A DNA stretch of 64,000 bases from Piromyces finnis finn. Taxonomy: Eukaryota; Fungi; Neocallimastigomycota. The translations under genes were made by a program, and so were the position numbers. The stretch lies in contig MCFH01000078.1 of assembly GCA_002104945.1 (NCBI GenBank), positions 124,001 to 188,000 on the forward strand, given 5' to 3'. The notes under the pieces were generated by a model, which worked only from the letters and a program-made list of their open reading frames with translations, searched no databases and was not told the DNA's origin. Below, piece by piece: positions 26,301 to 40,152 of this stretch (positions are counted from its first letter, which is position 1; every line of letters begins with the position of its first letter).

Positions 26301-29300
26301 TATTTAGTAAGTACCCTTTTTTTTCAAGATCCTAATTAAAAAAATAAATGATATTTAGAAATTATACATTGGTTATTAATGTAATATTCCTTTTTTTATA
26401 TACCAATAATTAATTAATTAGTTCGCTTTATTAGAAGAATTATTGCAATGATTGATGAACAAATCAAGATTGCTAAAAATAATTTACTCTATGCTTCCAA
26501 AAGATATCCAATGTTTGGTTTATTCAATTTCTTAAATGATTTCCTTACTACTCTTGATTACAATAAATACATAAAAGATCATTTGGAAGAATTAAGAGAA
26601 GTTCATAAAGAAATTTATGAACGTATTATTAGTGCTAATGAAGTAGTATTAGATATTATTCAAAATTCTTCTCCTGAAGGTCCAATGCCAGATGTTCAAG
26701 ATATTGGTGTAGCAATTGATGAAATTGTTAATGAATTTGATAAAAGTGTAGATGATGCTTCTTCCAAAGGCAAAAACTTTAATGTTACTTTGAATTGTTG
26801 TTGGAGAGTAATTAAGAGTACTAGGTAAATAGTTATTATACTACTTTAATTTTTTAATAATAAATTAAAAAAAAAAAAAAAAAAACATAGTATTAAATTA
26901 TTATTTTAAAAATAATATATACACAAAATGTAAAACACATTCAATAATATAATATATCAATACATCCTTTTAGTCAAGTTTTATCAACTCTTCTTACCAA
27001 GGCTCCAATTCAAAAAAGTGATGATGATAATGAATATATTCTTAGTTATGATCAATTAATTGAAGGTAGTAACTTGTATAGAAATTATTTAAGTACTATT
27101 AGACATTATGGAGCAATCATTGCTATCTATCCTGGCTACATTCAATTATGTAAAAAACTATTAAACTCATCTCAAGAAATTTTCTCAAGTTTACCACAAA
27201 AATGGCTTGAGGTATGATTAACATTAATTTCATTCTATTTATTAATTAAGCTATCTACTTATTTATAATACATGCCTAAATATGATAAATTTTTATACAT
27301 GTTTAAAAACTTTTAATATAATTAGGATTCTTTAAATACAATTAAAATATCAAATAAGATTTCAATTACTAGAAGATCTGCCGGTATGCCATTCTTAATT
27401 CTTGCTATTTTATTATCCGAACAAAATTCCAACAAGGTTCTTTTACCTCACGCTCTTTCTGTTTTAATTGATATTGCTCGTCAACCATTTGATACTGAAA
27501 CTTACAATGAAAAGTGTGATTTACCACAAGTTCATGCTATGAACATTTTAAGAAGTATTTTTAGAGAATCAAGATTAAGTGATGATATTTCAGCTTATGT
27601 TACCGATACAATGATTTTAACACTTGAAGGTTTTAAATCACCAGCGTAAGTAACCTTAATTTTTGATAATATTTTCAAAAGAAAAAAAAAATGTTTTTAT
27701 CTATTTTATTTTAATAAAAAAAAAAAAATATTGCTCTATTCATTAACAAAAGTCACATTACCTATTATATATATATATATATATGTAATATTATAGTTGG
27801 TCTATTCGTAATTGTGCTATGATGATGTTTACCACTATCTTACATAGAATCATTGGTTCTAAAAAGACTAGAGACGATTATAGTTCAGTTAACTTCATTA
27901 CTAGATCAGTTTTTGTCTCAAGATATCATAGTTTATATGTTTACTTATCAAAACTTTTAAATGAAGCATCAATCTTATTAGTATTTATCATTCAAATATA
28001 TAAAATATACAAAATTATAAATTATATATATTAATATACCAATTTTTTTTTATCCAAATAATAAATAGGAAAAAGATTCATCCCACGTTCAACAAGATTT
28101 ATTCTCTGTTTTAGTATTATTATCAAGATTACAACCTAATACTAAGAAAAGTGAAATTGAAACTGAAGATAAGGATTTAGAAAATGTCATTTCATCATTA
28201 CGTTCATTTGCCAAATGTTCCATTTATCAAGTTAGAGAAGCAGCTGCTCGTTCTCTCGTACCTATGGTATCCAACCATAATATTAATAAGTATTGTATTG
28301 ATTTAATTAAGGATTATTGGAATCTTTCAAATCAAAATGGTCTTCACGGTAGTATGATTCAAATGAAATATTTATTAAAGAGTCATCTTATTATTAGCTC
28401 CTACCCAATGAAAAAAGGTAATTTCTTTTTTTTTTTAATCCGATCCAATGTTTATTCAAAATAAGCGATTAATTATTAATTTAATTTGTGAAAATACTTT
28501 TTAATTTATTTTCAAATTCATTGTTAATATTATTACTACTATTATTTCCTATTAGAATTTGTCGATAATGTATTATCCTTAATCATAGAAAGAGTCAATT
28601 TAATGTCAAAGAATTACAATAAGTGTGAATTAACCAGAGCAGAATACATTAATTTATTAAATGAAATATTATTTAATGAAGAATGGATTAACGAAAGTAT
28701 TTCCTCTCAAGACAATGGTAACAATGAAGAAAATAAGGATAATAAGGATGATGAAGAAATTAAAAACTATATTCGCTTACAATGTACTCATTACAGAAAA
28801 ATTGTATTTGATAAAATCAAAAACTTGTTATTTAATGAATATGAATATGCTCAAGTATGTATACGAATCTTTAGTAGATATCAAAGAGGAATCGAATTGT
28901 ATCAATTAAACAATAGTATTAATAAATTTATTCATTATAATATTTATAATACATTAATAAATAGATTATGGGCACTTGGTATTTAAGAGAACATTGTACA
29001 AAGATTATCATGAAGGCTCTTATGTCCTACCAAGATTTAATTTGCACTTCTGAAAATGTTATTGAAAAATTGATTAAGGATCCACAATTTGAAGTTCGTC
29101 AATACACCCTTCAAACCTTAATGAACTATCTCAATGAAGCTTCTCAATCAGACTATCAAAGAAACACATTATTAGAAAACTCTTTAAAGCAAATTATTGA
29201 TGAAATTATTAAATTAGAAGATGATAAGCATGAATGTTTAAGCTTAAAGATTAAGATTATTCCAAAATTATTAAATAATTCTCTTTTCACTTATGATCTC

Positions 29301-29442
29301 CCATGTCAAAAACTTTGTGATTTATTAAATAAGATAAGAGATATTATTAATGTTTCTTATAAAAAGCATTTATCTGTCATAATGGAAAGTATAATTGTTT
29401 ATGGATTTATTTTCAATAAGGTAATTAACATAGTAAATTATC

Positions 29443-29490
<48 letters not shown>

Positions 29491-30023
29491 AATGAAAAAA
29501 ATATTAATATATATATTAGATTTACCAAAAGAAAGAAGAAATTAATAATGATAATTACATTCTTGATATGATGAAATCATGGTTTGAAATTATTAATAAA
29601 TACAATGATGAAAATTCAACAGTTTGTATTTTTTTATTTATTATTATTATTATTATTATCAATATTATTTCATTTATTACAATAATATTCATAAAATTAT
29701 TGATATCATTCTATAACACTATTATTATAATGATAATTTTATATTAATATATTATATTTAATATAGGAATCTGGTGCTCTTCATTACTCAATTTGTTCAT
29801 CCATTGCTTATATGGAATCATTATTATCCAAGAGCTTACCACCATCATTAGAAACATACATTATGAAAATTTACTTTATCTTGATAGAATACTTACAAGA
29901 TGATGAATCTGAAATTCGTGATGCTGTTGCTCAAATTGTATCCAAGATTATATTACAACACAATGTAAGATACTTATAAAATAAATATATATTTTTTTCA
30001 ATTATTCATAAACTTATAACATT

Positions 30024-30063
<40 letters not shown>

Positions 30064-30632
30064 GATATAAATTTCTATAACTTTTAGTATATCATGTCAG
30101 AATCTAAAGCCTTAAACACATTATATGAAAAAATGGACAAAAACTTTAACACTAGAGAAGATTATCAAGAATCTTTGAAAAAGTCATTATTCAACTATAA
30201 TATTGACGCTATAGGTAATAATGATAATGTTTAAATATGACTTTTATATTATTATTCATTATATTAAAATATATATATATTATATATATTTTATTAAAAT
30301 ATTTAATAGATGAATTTATTATGAATAAGATTAAGCCAATTAAAAAAGCCTTCTTCCTTGAAAGACCAGATATTTATAAAGAAGCATTAATTAATGTTCA
30401 AAATATTATTAAATATATTACACCTGTCTCAGAAGATATTCAAAAAATAGTTGTTATCTTTAAAAAGCTTGACGCCACCTTACATGATATTACTACAAAG
30501 TACGGAAATTCACAATTAAATCAAGTTATTTCAGATCGCGATATTTTTGTTATGATCTACAGTGTCTTAATTTGGCTTGAAAAATGTATTCAATCCACCG
30601 AATGTTCAGCCGAAATAATTACCGGTAAATAA
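23317..30632 (+). CDS. TRM732: THADA/Trm732 family armadillo-repeat protein (DUF2428), tRNA 2'-O-methylation cofactor; about 14 exons
   Basis: Family motifs ITRRSAGMPFLILAIL, PQVHAMNILRSIFRESRL, WSIRNCAMMMF, QDLFSVLVLLSRLQP, VREAAARSL and LLQDDESEIRDAVA. The ORF track pieces from 23317 to 30632 link through GT-AG introns; stop at 30632. Confidence 0.9.
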
Positions 30633-32642
30633 ATATTGAAAGTTTAAAAAAAAAAAAAAAAAAAAAAACATAAATATAAATTTTATACTAAATCTAAATA
30701 TATTAAATTTTAAAAAAAAAAAAAAATTATAATATGTAGAAGTTCAAAAAATAATATCACAATGGAACAAAGACTACATTGAAAGTTTCCATTCTCTTAT
30801 TATAGAAATAATTATGAATACTATAAATATTTTAAATACAAAGTCAAGTAATACTATTTCTAATACTGATGATAACGTTTATAAATTTAAGTATGTTGAT
30901 AGATTCTTCTTAAATTAAACACTGGTATAAATACAGAATTAAATGTGTGTTTATAAATTTTTCTTGAATTATCATTACTAGTATATATTCATCCAATTTA
31001 TATTAATAATTATATATAATAATATTTTCAATGAAAATCTTTACTTTTTACAATATAACATATATACATATTTAATTTTATATTATATTTTTAAACTCTA
31101 TTTTTTAATAATTATTAAAGTTTTATATTTTAAATAATTCATCTATCCAATATCTACAAATAAATAAAATATAAAATATATATATATATATATACTTTAT
31201 ATATCCATTTAATTTTGGTATTATTTTGATTACCTTGTAATCTTTATAATTATTTAATAAGAAAAAAAAAAAGGCTGATTTTAACCTAAAAATATATTTT
31301 TAATGATAATAATTTAAATATCTATTATTAATGAAAGTGTATTATATTTCTTTTTTTTTTTTTATTTATATAATTTTAATATAAATAATCTTTAAAATAT
31401 TTCATTTTTTTTATACAATTGTTTCTTTTTTTTTTTTTGCAAATAAATTCATTCTATTACTCATTTATTTTTATTTATATTAAAATATAAATAATCTTCA
31501 AATAACACAACATTCTTTTAAATAATCGTTTTTTTTATAGTGACATATTCAAAAGATTTTCTTTTATTTACACACATTTTTTATTTTTAACTTTCTAGTA
31601 TTTAGAGAATAGCCCAATCACACCACATCATTTCTCTTAAATTTAATATAAAGGCAAAATTTTTATTAAATATTAAAATTTTGGTTTTTTGTTTTAAGAA
31701 ATTATAAATAGAAATATTTGTGTAACAAATGACGTTGAACAAAAAATTTAATAAATTTATTAAAAAAAGAAAAATGAAATACTAAAAAAACAATATTTTG
31801 TTCTCTTTAAACAATGGTAGAGTGATGATATTTTAAAGCATTTCAATTAGTTCGTATTATAAAATAATATGTTTATTAATAGTATAATTATATTAAATAT
31901 GATAGTATGTTGAATCATAAAAAATATTTCTAAAAATACTCTTAAAAAAAAAAAAAAAATAAATGAGCGATTATGTTTTGTAATACTAAAAAAAAAAACT
32001 GTTATTTTTATAATTAATATAATTATATAATAATATAAAGAAACAATAATATATTTATATACAATTAATTAAAAGAAAGCTTTTTTATTTGATAATAGTT
32101 TTCTATTTTAGTTTAATTTCAAGTTAAGTTTACAATATATATATATACTTTTTTTTTTCTTTTTTTTTTTTTCTGTTTTTGTTTTTATTTTTCTAAAAAA
32201 AAAATAATAATAAAGAAATATAGAAATCAAAAGTATATACATAAAATTATAATAAAATATAAATTGTAATTATTAATTGTATTTACTTTAATTGTATTAT
32301 AAAGGAAATCAATATATATCTTATTTAACAAAGTCACAAAAAAAAAAAAAATAATAATAATATCACTATAATACATCAATATCAAATATCTTATATATTT
32401 CTTTTAACTCTTAGTCTTCTCTGAACAAATTTTTCTTTGAAGCCTACTTTACATTAAATTGTTTAAATATATAATATATTTAGCACTGGAATAGAATATA
32501 TTATATATAAAAACATTTAACAAGGATATAAGAAAAAAAATACTAGACTAGGAGACTTTTTAAAAACAATTATATAATTTGTCCTATTTTAAAAATTTTA
32601 AAACTATTATAATTAATTTATATTAATAATATATTATCAAAA

Positions 32643-33738
32643 ATGACTTACTCAAATTATGATACTATACCCGATGAAATCTTAATCAGGATTTTTTCTT
32701 TCATAACTAATGATAATTTAAATGATATTTTTAACTCTTTATTAGTCTCAAAGAGGTATTCATCTTCTAATATAATAATATAATTTTTTTTTACTTCTAT
32801 TTATAAAAAAATAATGAATTTTACTAATAATTTTTTTTAAAAAAATAATATATATATTATACATTTAAAATAGATGGAATAAATTAGCTACATTTGCTTT
32901 ATATAACTCTTTACATTTCCATAATATGAATCAACGATCAAATTTCTTCAGAGGATTATTAACAAATAATGAAGATCAATATTATAATGAAAAGAAAGAT
33001 AAATATCTCGATATATCATTACTTGAACGTGAATTCTTTTTTAATGAAAAAGTAAACCAGCAAATAGAAAATGAAATGGAAGTTGTTGATGATAGTGAAA
33101 TTACTATCAATGATTATCCAATTCCAATGAAATATGTAAACTATGTTAAAAGTATTAATTTCGGTCTTTCTCCAGATGAAAACAGTGATGCTAATGAAGA
33201 TGGTTCATTTAACAATAACTTTGAATGGCGTCAACATTGTGTTAATTCTTCTCTTAATATTATTTCTATCTATTGTCCAAATATTATTTCATTAAATCTT
33301 TCTGGTTGTCAATACTATGATTATGTCTTGAGTGAATTTTTAGAAACCAGTAAAAATTTAATGTATTTAGATGTTTCATACTCTAGTATTAAACAAATGG
33401 GATTATTATCTATTCTTGAAGCCGTTAGTCGTTCAAACAATCCAATTCCACTTAGAGAAATTAATTTAAGTGGTATTTTCAGATTCTGGCGTCTCTACCG
33501 TGAAGCTCGTTTCTTACCTAATTTAATTAAGTATGCTAAAGATCTTAGAAAAATTGTTATTCTCGACTGTCCTGATATTATGGATGAAATAATAGAAGAA
33601 TGTAAATCTATTAGAGACAATATTACTATTGTCTATGAAACAAAGACACCTATTAATGAAATGTATATGAAAGACTATTCCGATGTAAAAAATGATAGTA
33701 GTTTAACTCTTTCCATAAATAATGAAATATATGTTTAA
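32643..33738 (+). CDS. F-box / leucine-rich-repeat protein (2 exons)
   Basis: Exon 1 32643-32755 (MTYSNYDTIPDEILIRIFSFI...LLVSKR, an F-box) splices to exon 2 32874-33738 (WNKLA...; cysteine-containing LRRs CPNIISLNLSGC, LMYLDVSYS, LREINLSG, LRKIVILDCP). Confidence 0.88.
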
Positions 33739-34420
33739 ATTTTATTAATTGTGAATATTATTTTTGATGTATTATAAATTTTAATATATATTATTATAAT
33801 ATTTTTTATAAATAAAAAAGAAAAAAAATACACATAAAAAAATAAAAAAATAAATTTAAAAAAATAATGCCTATGCTAATTATGATACAGATTTTATGAT
33901 GCTTTTTAAGAGATTTATAGAAATCAACTTTAATATTTTTTTTTTGTTTTTTTAATAACCTTTTTTTATATTTTTACATATAAAAAATATATTGTTTCAT
34001 ATATGACTTTTTTTTATGTGACATTGATATTACAATTGATAATGTAGTATTCTATTACTGTTCTATTACTCAATAAATTTATGTAATTTTGAATTCTTTT
34101 TTTTTTATAAAAAAAATTTGACAATGTATTTTTAAATATAGCAGAATGAAGTAAAGTAATTATTAACAATTTTTTATAAAAATATATACAACAACAACAA
34201 TAATAATGAGTTGGGAAATAATTCTTCCTCCCTCTCTTTCCCCCTATTAACAGTATTATAATTAATTATTAACTAAATAACAATAACTAGTATATATACG
34301 AATAAATCTAACCCATAACATCTTTTAATAACTCAAATTTAACCTATAACATAATCATGTGATCATATGATATTTTATCATAGATTTATTGATATTAATG
34401 AGAAAAGCATATATTTCGTT

Positions 34421-34837
34421 AATAGTAATAGTAATAGTAATAGTAATAGTCAAAGTAATAGTAATAGTAATAGTAATAGTAATAGTAATAGTCAAAGTAA
34501 TAGTAATAGTAATAGTAATAGTAATAGTAATAGTAATAGTCAAAGTAATAGTAATAGTAATAGTAATAGTCAAAGTAATAGTAATAGTAATAGTAATAGT
34601 AATAGTAATAGTCAAAGTAATAGTAATAGTAATAGTAATAGTAATAGTCAAAGTAATAGTAATAGTCAAAGTAATAGTAATAGTCAAAGTAATAGTAATA
34701 GTCAAAGTAATAGTAATAGTCAAAGTAATAGTAATAGTCAAAGTAATAGTAATAGTCAAAGTAATAGTAATAGTCAAAGTAATAGTAATAGTAATAGTAA
34801 TAGTAATAGTCAAAGTAATAGTCAAAGTAATAGTAAT
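34421..34837. repeat. (AATAGT)n hexanucleotide array with interspersed CAAAGT variant units
   Basis: Direct reading; about 70 units. Confidence 0.92.
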
Positions 34838-36039
34838 TATTTTAAATACTAAATTTATTATAACAATTATAATAACAGAGTATTAACAATAACACGGTAT
34901 AATAATATTAGTAGTAATTATAAAATACTATATACTATAACTATATGTTATTAAATGTTAACAATCATAAAGGATTCGTTTTAAAAATCCTTTAAAGGTC
35001 TTAATCTTTTTTTTTTTATGTTATCTACTTTTATTATTTTAATTTATAATATATTTAGAATATAATTAAATAAATTAAAATACATATATTAATATATTAA
35101 ATTGTTATTATACCAAAAATTTAATAATTAAATTTAAACCATCCATTTTAAAGAATAATAATTCAAATAAAGATAAAAACTAAATAATTTTAATTATTTT
35201 CTAGTAGTTTTATTTGTTATCTGTAATTGGAAGTGGCCTTCTTTCTTTCTTTCTTTCTTTTTTTTTTTTTTGTATATATGAAAAATAAAGGTTTTTTCTT
35301 TTTTACAAAAAAAAGGTTAATTATTAATAACAAAATTCTATAAATATTATAATTCAAATGAAATTCAATAATTCTATATTAATAGTTATCATATTTTTAT
35401 TAAAAGAAAATGATGTTTTTATTTTGTCCTTCATCAAACTTTAATTATTATAGATTTTAATATAAAGATGCACTTTTAATTGTTGATTGCTGATGTTCCA
35501 ATGATTTATATATAAATACATTTTTATATTTATGTGTTTTTTTTTTTTTTTTAAAAAAAAAAAGTAAAAAGAATTCTATCATTTTATTATTCGATGGTGA
35601 ATATTATCTTTATTTTTTTTTGATAAAAATAATCAATTAAATTTCATTAAAAAAAAAAAAAAACTTTAATAAAGATAATTATGAAAAAAACAGAAAAAAA
35701 ATTAAAAAAATTAAAATTTAATTAAACTTAAAAAGAAAGTGAAAACTTTGTGGATTAAAGAATGAAAGATACTGTAGCAGCAAAGGTTTGAATAATAATA
35801 TGAATAGTATTGATTTCAGTTGTTATTTTAATAAATGAAAACATTTTATAAAGAATTTAATATCTATAATAATTATTTTTTTTATATATGATGTGGTGTG
35901 GATTTAAACTTTTAGTATAATAAGAAATATATTGTATGTATACTGTGTAATACCTAATAATAGTATAGGATAATAAAGTATAGTGGTATTATATATAATA
36001 CCAATAATAAATAACTTTAACATATATCCCATAGATAGT

Positions 36040-36420
36040 AGTATTAATAATAATAATTATAATATTACTACTAATTATTACTACTATTACTATTACTAAT
36101 AATAATAATTACAATATTACTACTAATTATTACTACTAATTATTACTACTATTACTAATAATAATAATTACAATGTTACTACTAATTATTACTACTAATT
36201 ATTACTACTATTACTATTACTAATAATAATAATTACAATATTACTACTAATTATTACTACTAATTATTACTACTATTACTAATAATAATAATTACAATGT
36301 TACTACTAATTATTACTACTATTACTAATAATAATAATTACAATGTTACTACTAATTATTATTACTACTACTACTACAATAATAATTACAATATTACTAC
36401 TACTACTAATAATAATAATA
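36040..36420. repeat. Complex minisatellite (aataataattacaat[a/g]ttactactaattattactact units)
   Basis: Direct reading; about 7 imperfect units. Confidence 0.85.
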
Positions 36421-37869
36421 AATTTCTTTTTTTTTTTTTTACAGATAGTCTTAATAATATTCTAATAAATATATTATTATATTATTTTATATTAATAATA
36501 ATATTATTAATGCTACACACTATTTCTATTTTTTTTTTTAATTCGTTTTCTCCTATGAATAGTAATGTATGTGGATTCGTTTCCACATTTAAGCTATGGG
36601 TTATTTTTTTATTAATAATTAATAAAATAATATCCTTTTTATAAAGTTTTTTTTAAGCATTATTCCTAAAAGAATTTTCTTGTAGACGACTACATTGTTA
36701 ATGCCATTTTCACAATAATCGTAATAGTAAAATTATCCTAGTTAAAGTTCCCAGAAAAACAAACAAATCACTCTGATAAGGCCTTACTATGAAAAAAGGA
36801 TATGATGATGAACACTAATTCAAGGAATTTTTTACTAATTTCAAAGGAAAACCTTACCTATTTAAATTATATATAAAAATAGTATAAATTATATTTATTA
36901 TATATTATAATATATTATTAAATAATATTCTTATCAATTGATTATAATAAATTTTATAATGTATTATGTAGTCCAATAGGAATATAAACAAATTAATATA
37001 TTAACATCTAAAATTTCAATTATATATTGTATATTACAATATATTACATATATTAAATTACCATATATTATTTAATAGATTAATAAAAAGGATAATAATC
37101 AAAATAATATAAACCAAAGTAAACTATAATTTTAGTAGTTTTAAGCGAAAAAAGTTAGCATTGAGGGTTAGGGATATTTACAATGATAATAAAATTCTAA
37201 TTTTATTTTTGTTAACTAATTCAATTTAATATATTATGTTAATATATTAAAATATATAGTTTTGTTGTACTAAAAAGCTTAAAAAAAAAAAGTATATAAA
37301 AAAGAAAAAATTCTGTGTGGTAGGATTTTTTTTGCGTTAATATATAAATAATAACATTTTATAGTAGATAGTAAAAGTTTATATTACCTTGAACTATATA
37401 AACCTTTATAGTATAAAAAGCATAGGATTATAATATTTTTCACTAGAAATATTATATATAGACAAAAAAGAATAGTAACACGACAATAAGAATAAATATT
37501 TTTTTAGTAAAATATTCATATATACCAATTTAAAGTGAGTAAACTATTTTCGTAGAATAAAAAGGACAGAAATATAAAATAAATATAAAATAATAATAGA
37601 ATAAAAAAAAAAAAAAGTTAAATATTAGGAAAAAAAGAATAATTTTTTATATAATAATAAATAACAATACCATATATAATAGATTTATATCTAATAACAA
37701 TTCTTTTTATTATTCTATTTATAATATAATTCAAATAATAGAAACAAAACAAAATTAAAAAAGAATTTAAAAACGTACAACAAATAGAATTTTATACATC
37801 TATTAAAAAAAATAACAACAACTTTAAATAGTTTTTACTTAGAAATTAAATATATAAAATAATAACAAA

Positions 37870-40152
37870 ATGGCTAACAAAAGTTCAATCGATCGTATTA
37901 GAGCTATCTACCAACATTTATTAACTAAACAACTTAATAATTGTGGTGATGAATGCTGTGGTAATATTAATGTTGAAAAATGGATTAAAGATAACTTTAC
38001 TCCATATTTAGGTGACAGTTCTTTCTTAACTAATAAACCAACTGAAGCTACTAAAAAAATTTGGGAATACTGTGAACAATTATTAAAGGAAGAAATCAAG
38101 AGTAACGGATGTCTCGATGTTGATGCTTCTAAACCATCAACTATTACTTCTCATGCTCCAGGTTACATTATCAAGGATTTAGAAAAAATTGTTGGTTTAC
38201 AAACTGATGCTCCATTAAAAAGAGCTATTAAACCATTCGGTGGTATTAAGATTGTTAGAAATGCTTTAAAGGCTTACAATAGAAAACTTGATGAAAGTGT
38301 AGAAACTATCTTCAGATACAGAAAAACTCATAACGATGGTGTCTTTGATATTTACACTCCAGAAATGAGAAAGGCTCGTTCCAATGCTATTATCACTGGT
38401 TTACCAGATGGTTATGGTCGTGGTAGAATTATTGGTGATTACAGACGTGTTGCCTTATATGGTGTTGACTACTTAATTAAGGACAAAGAAAACGATAAAT
38501 TAAAGATCGGTGGTATTATGAGTGAATCTAACATGCGTGATATTGAAGAACTTGCTGAACAAATTAAGGCTTTAAAGAGTTTAAAGCAAATGGCAATGTC
38601 ATATGGATGTGATATTTCTAAGCCAGCTACTACTGCTCAAGAAGCTATTCAATGGACATACTTTGGTTATCTTGCTAGTGTTAAGGATCAAGATGGTGCT
38701 GCTATGTCAATGGGTCGTCTTGATTCCTTCTTTGATGTTTACATCGAAAGAGATATGGAAAAGGGTATCTTAAATGAAGAACAAGCTCAAGAATTAATTG
38801 ATCACTTTATTATCAAGTTACGTTTAGTCAGACACTTACGTACTCCAGAATACAATGACTTATTTGCTGGTGATCCAACCTGGGTTACTATGGTTGTTGG
38901 TGGTATTAGTAATGATTCAAGCAAACCATTTGTTACTAAGACTTCATACCGTATCTTAAATACTTTATACAACCTTGGTCCAGCTCCAGAACCAAATATT
39001 ACTGTTTTATGGAACGAAAAGCTCCCAATTCAATGGAAGAACTTCTGTACAAAGGTTTCTATTGATACTTCTTCTATTCAATATGAAAACGATAATTTAA
39101 TGAACCCAATTTATGGTGATGATTATGCTATTGCTTGTTGTGTCTCTTGTATGAGAGTTGGTAAGGATATGCAATTCTTTGGTGCTAGATGTAACTTAGC
39201 TAAGCTTATGCTCTACGTTCTTAACCATGGTTATGATGAAAGAACTGGTAAACAAGTTGGTCCAGACTTTGGTGAAGTTCCAGAAGGTCCAATTTCCTTT
39301 GACTGGATGTGGAAAACTTATGACAAGGCTATGGACTGGTTAGCTGAATTATACGTTAACACCATGAATGCTATTCACTATTCTCATGATCGTCACTGCT
39401 ATGAAGCTATTCAAATGGCTTTACATGATACCAAGATTCGTCGTTTAATGGCTTTCGGTATTGCTGGTTTATCTGTTGTTGCTGATTCATTCTCAGCTAT
39501 TAAATATGCTAAGGTTACTCCAATTCGTGATCCAAAGACCGGTCTTACTGTTGACTTCAAGATCGAAGGTGACTTCCCAAAATTCGGTAATGACGATGAC
39601 AGAGTTGATTACTTTGCTAAGACTATCCCAGAAATTTTCATTGAAAAATTAAAGAAATATCCAGCTTACAGAAATGCTCAACATACCTTATCTGTCTTAA
39701 CTATTACTTCAAATGTTGTATACGGTAAAAAGACAGGTTCTACTCCAGATGGTCGTAAGGCTGGTGAAGCATTTGCTCCAGGTTGTAACCCAATGCACGG
39801 TAGAGAAACCTCTGGTGCTGTTGCCTCATTAAATTCCGTTTCTAAGGTTAACTACAATTCATGCTTTGATGGTATATCAAACACTTTCACCCTTGTTCCA
39901 TCAGTTTTAGGTAAGATTAGTGAAGAAAGAGTACAAAACTTGACTGGTCTTTTAGATGGTTACTTCTGCCGTGGTGGTTTCCACTTAAACGTTAATGTAT
40001 TAAATAAGGCTACTTTAGAAGATGCTATGGTACATCCAGAAAACTATCCAAACTTAACCATTCGTGTTTCTGGTTATGCTGTTCATTTCATTAGACTTAC
40101 TCCACAACAACAAAGAGAAGTTATTGCTCGTACCTTCCATGATACCATGTAA
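37870..40152 (+). CDS. pflB: Pyruvate formate-lyase (formate C-acetyltransferase, glycyl-radical enzyme), intronless, 760 aa, with an N-terminal PTS2-like motif
   Basis: Catalytic AIACCVS (Cys-Cys) and C-terminal glycyl-radical TIRVSGYAV; also [42 protein letters not shown] and [11 protein letters not shown]. Confidence 0.97.
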   Translation: MANKSSIDRIRAIYQHLLTKQLNNCGDECCGNINVEKWIKDNFTPYLGDSSFLTNKPTEATKKIWEYCEQLLKEEIKSNGCLDVDASKPSTITSHAPGYIIKDLEKIVGLQTDAPLKRAIKPFGGIKIVRNALKAYNRKLDESVETIFRYRKTHNDGVFDIYTPEMRKARSNAIITGLPDGYGRGRIIGDYRRVALYGVDYLIKDKENDKLKIGGIMSESNMRDIEELAEQIKALKSLKQMAMSYGCDISKPATTAQEAIQWTYFGYLASVKDQDGAAMSMGRLDSFFDVYIERDMEKGILNEEQAQELIDHFIIKLRLVRHLRTPEYNDLFAGDPTWVTMVVGGISNDSSKPFVTKTSYRILNTLYNLGPAPEPNITVLWNEKLPIQWKNFCTKVSIDTSSIQYENDNLMNPIYGDDYAIACCVSCMRVGKDMQFFGARCNLAKLMLYVLNHGYDERTGKQVGPDFGEVPEGPISFDWMWKTYDKAMDWLAELYVNTMNAIHYSHDRHCYEAIQMALHDTKIRRLMAFGIAGLSVVADSFSAIKYAKVTPIRDPKTGLTVDFKIEGDFPKFGNDDDRVDYFAKTIPEIFIEKLKKYPAYRNAQHTLSVLTITSNVVYGKKTGSTPDGRKAGEAFAPGCNPMHGRETSGAVASLNSVSKVNYNSCFDGISNTFTLVPSVLGKISEERVQNLTGLLDGYFCRGGFHLNVNVLNKATLEDAMVHPENYPNLTIRVSGYAVHFIRLTPQQQREVIARTFHDTM
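37894..37920 (+). other. Predicted peroxisomal targeting signal type 2 (R-I-x5-H-L = RIRAIYQHL, residues 9-17 of PFL)
   Basis: Exact match to the PTS2 consensus (R/K)(L/V/I/Q)x5(H/Q)(L/A), with a hydrophobic residue at position 5, lying N-terminal to the start of PFL core homology. Confidence 0.65.

Noticed and set aside
34355-34886. Thr-Ile and Val-Ile repeat ORFs on both strands
   Set aside because: Stop-free frames of a hexamer satellite; no coding evidence.
36040-36644. Repeat units with variable spacing that might suggest a CRISPR array, and ORF 36297..36644
   Set aside because: The spacers are themselves made of ACT/AAT triplets, there are no unique spacers or cas genes, and the context is eukaryotic.
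37870-40152. PFL as bacterial contamination or part of a prokaryotic focA-pflB operon
   Set aside because: It is embedded in AT-rich flanks continuous with intron-containing fungal genes, uses the same A/T-ending codon style as neighbouring genes, and is 32 kb and four genes away from the FNT.
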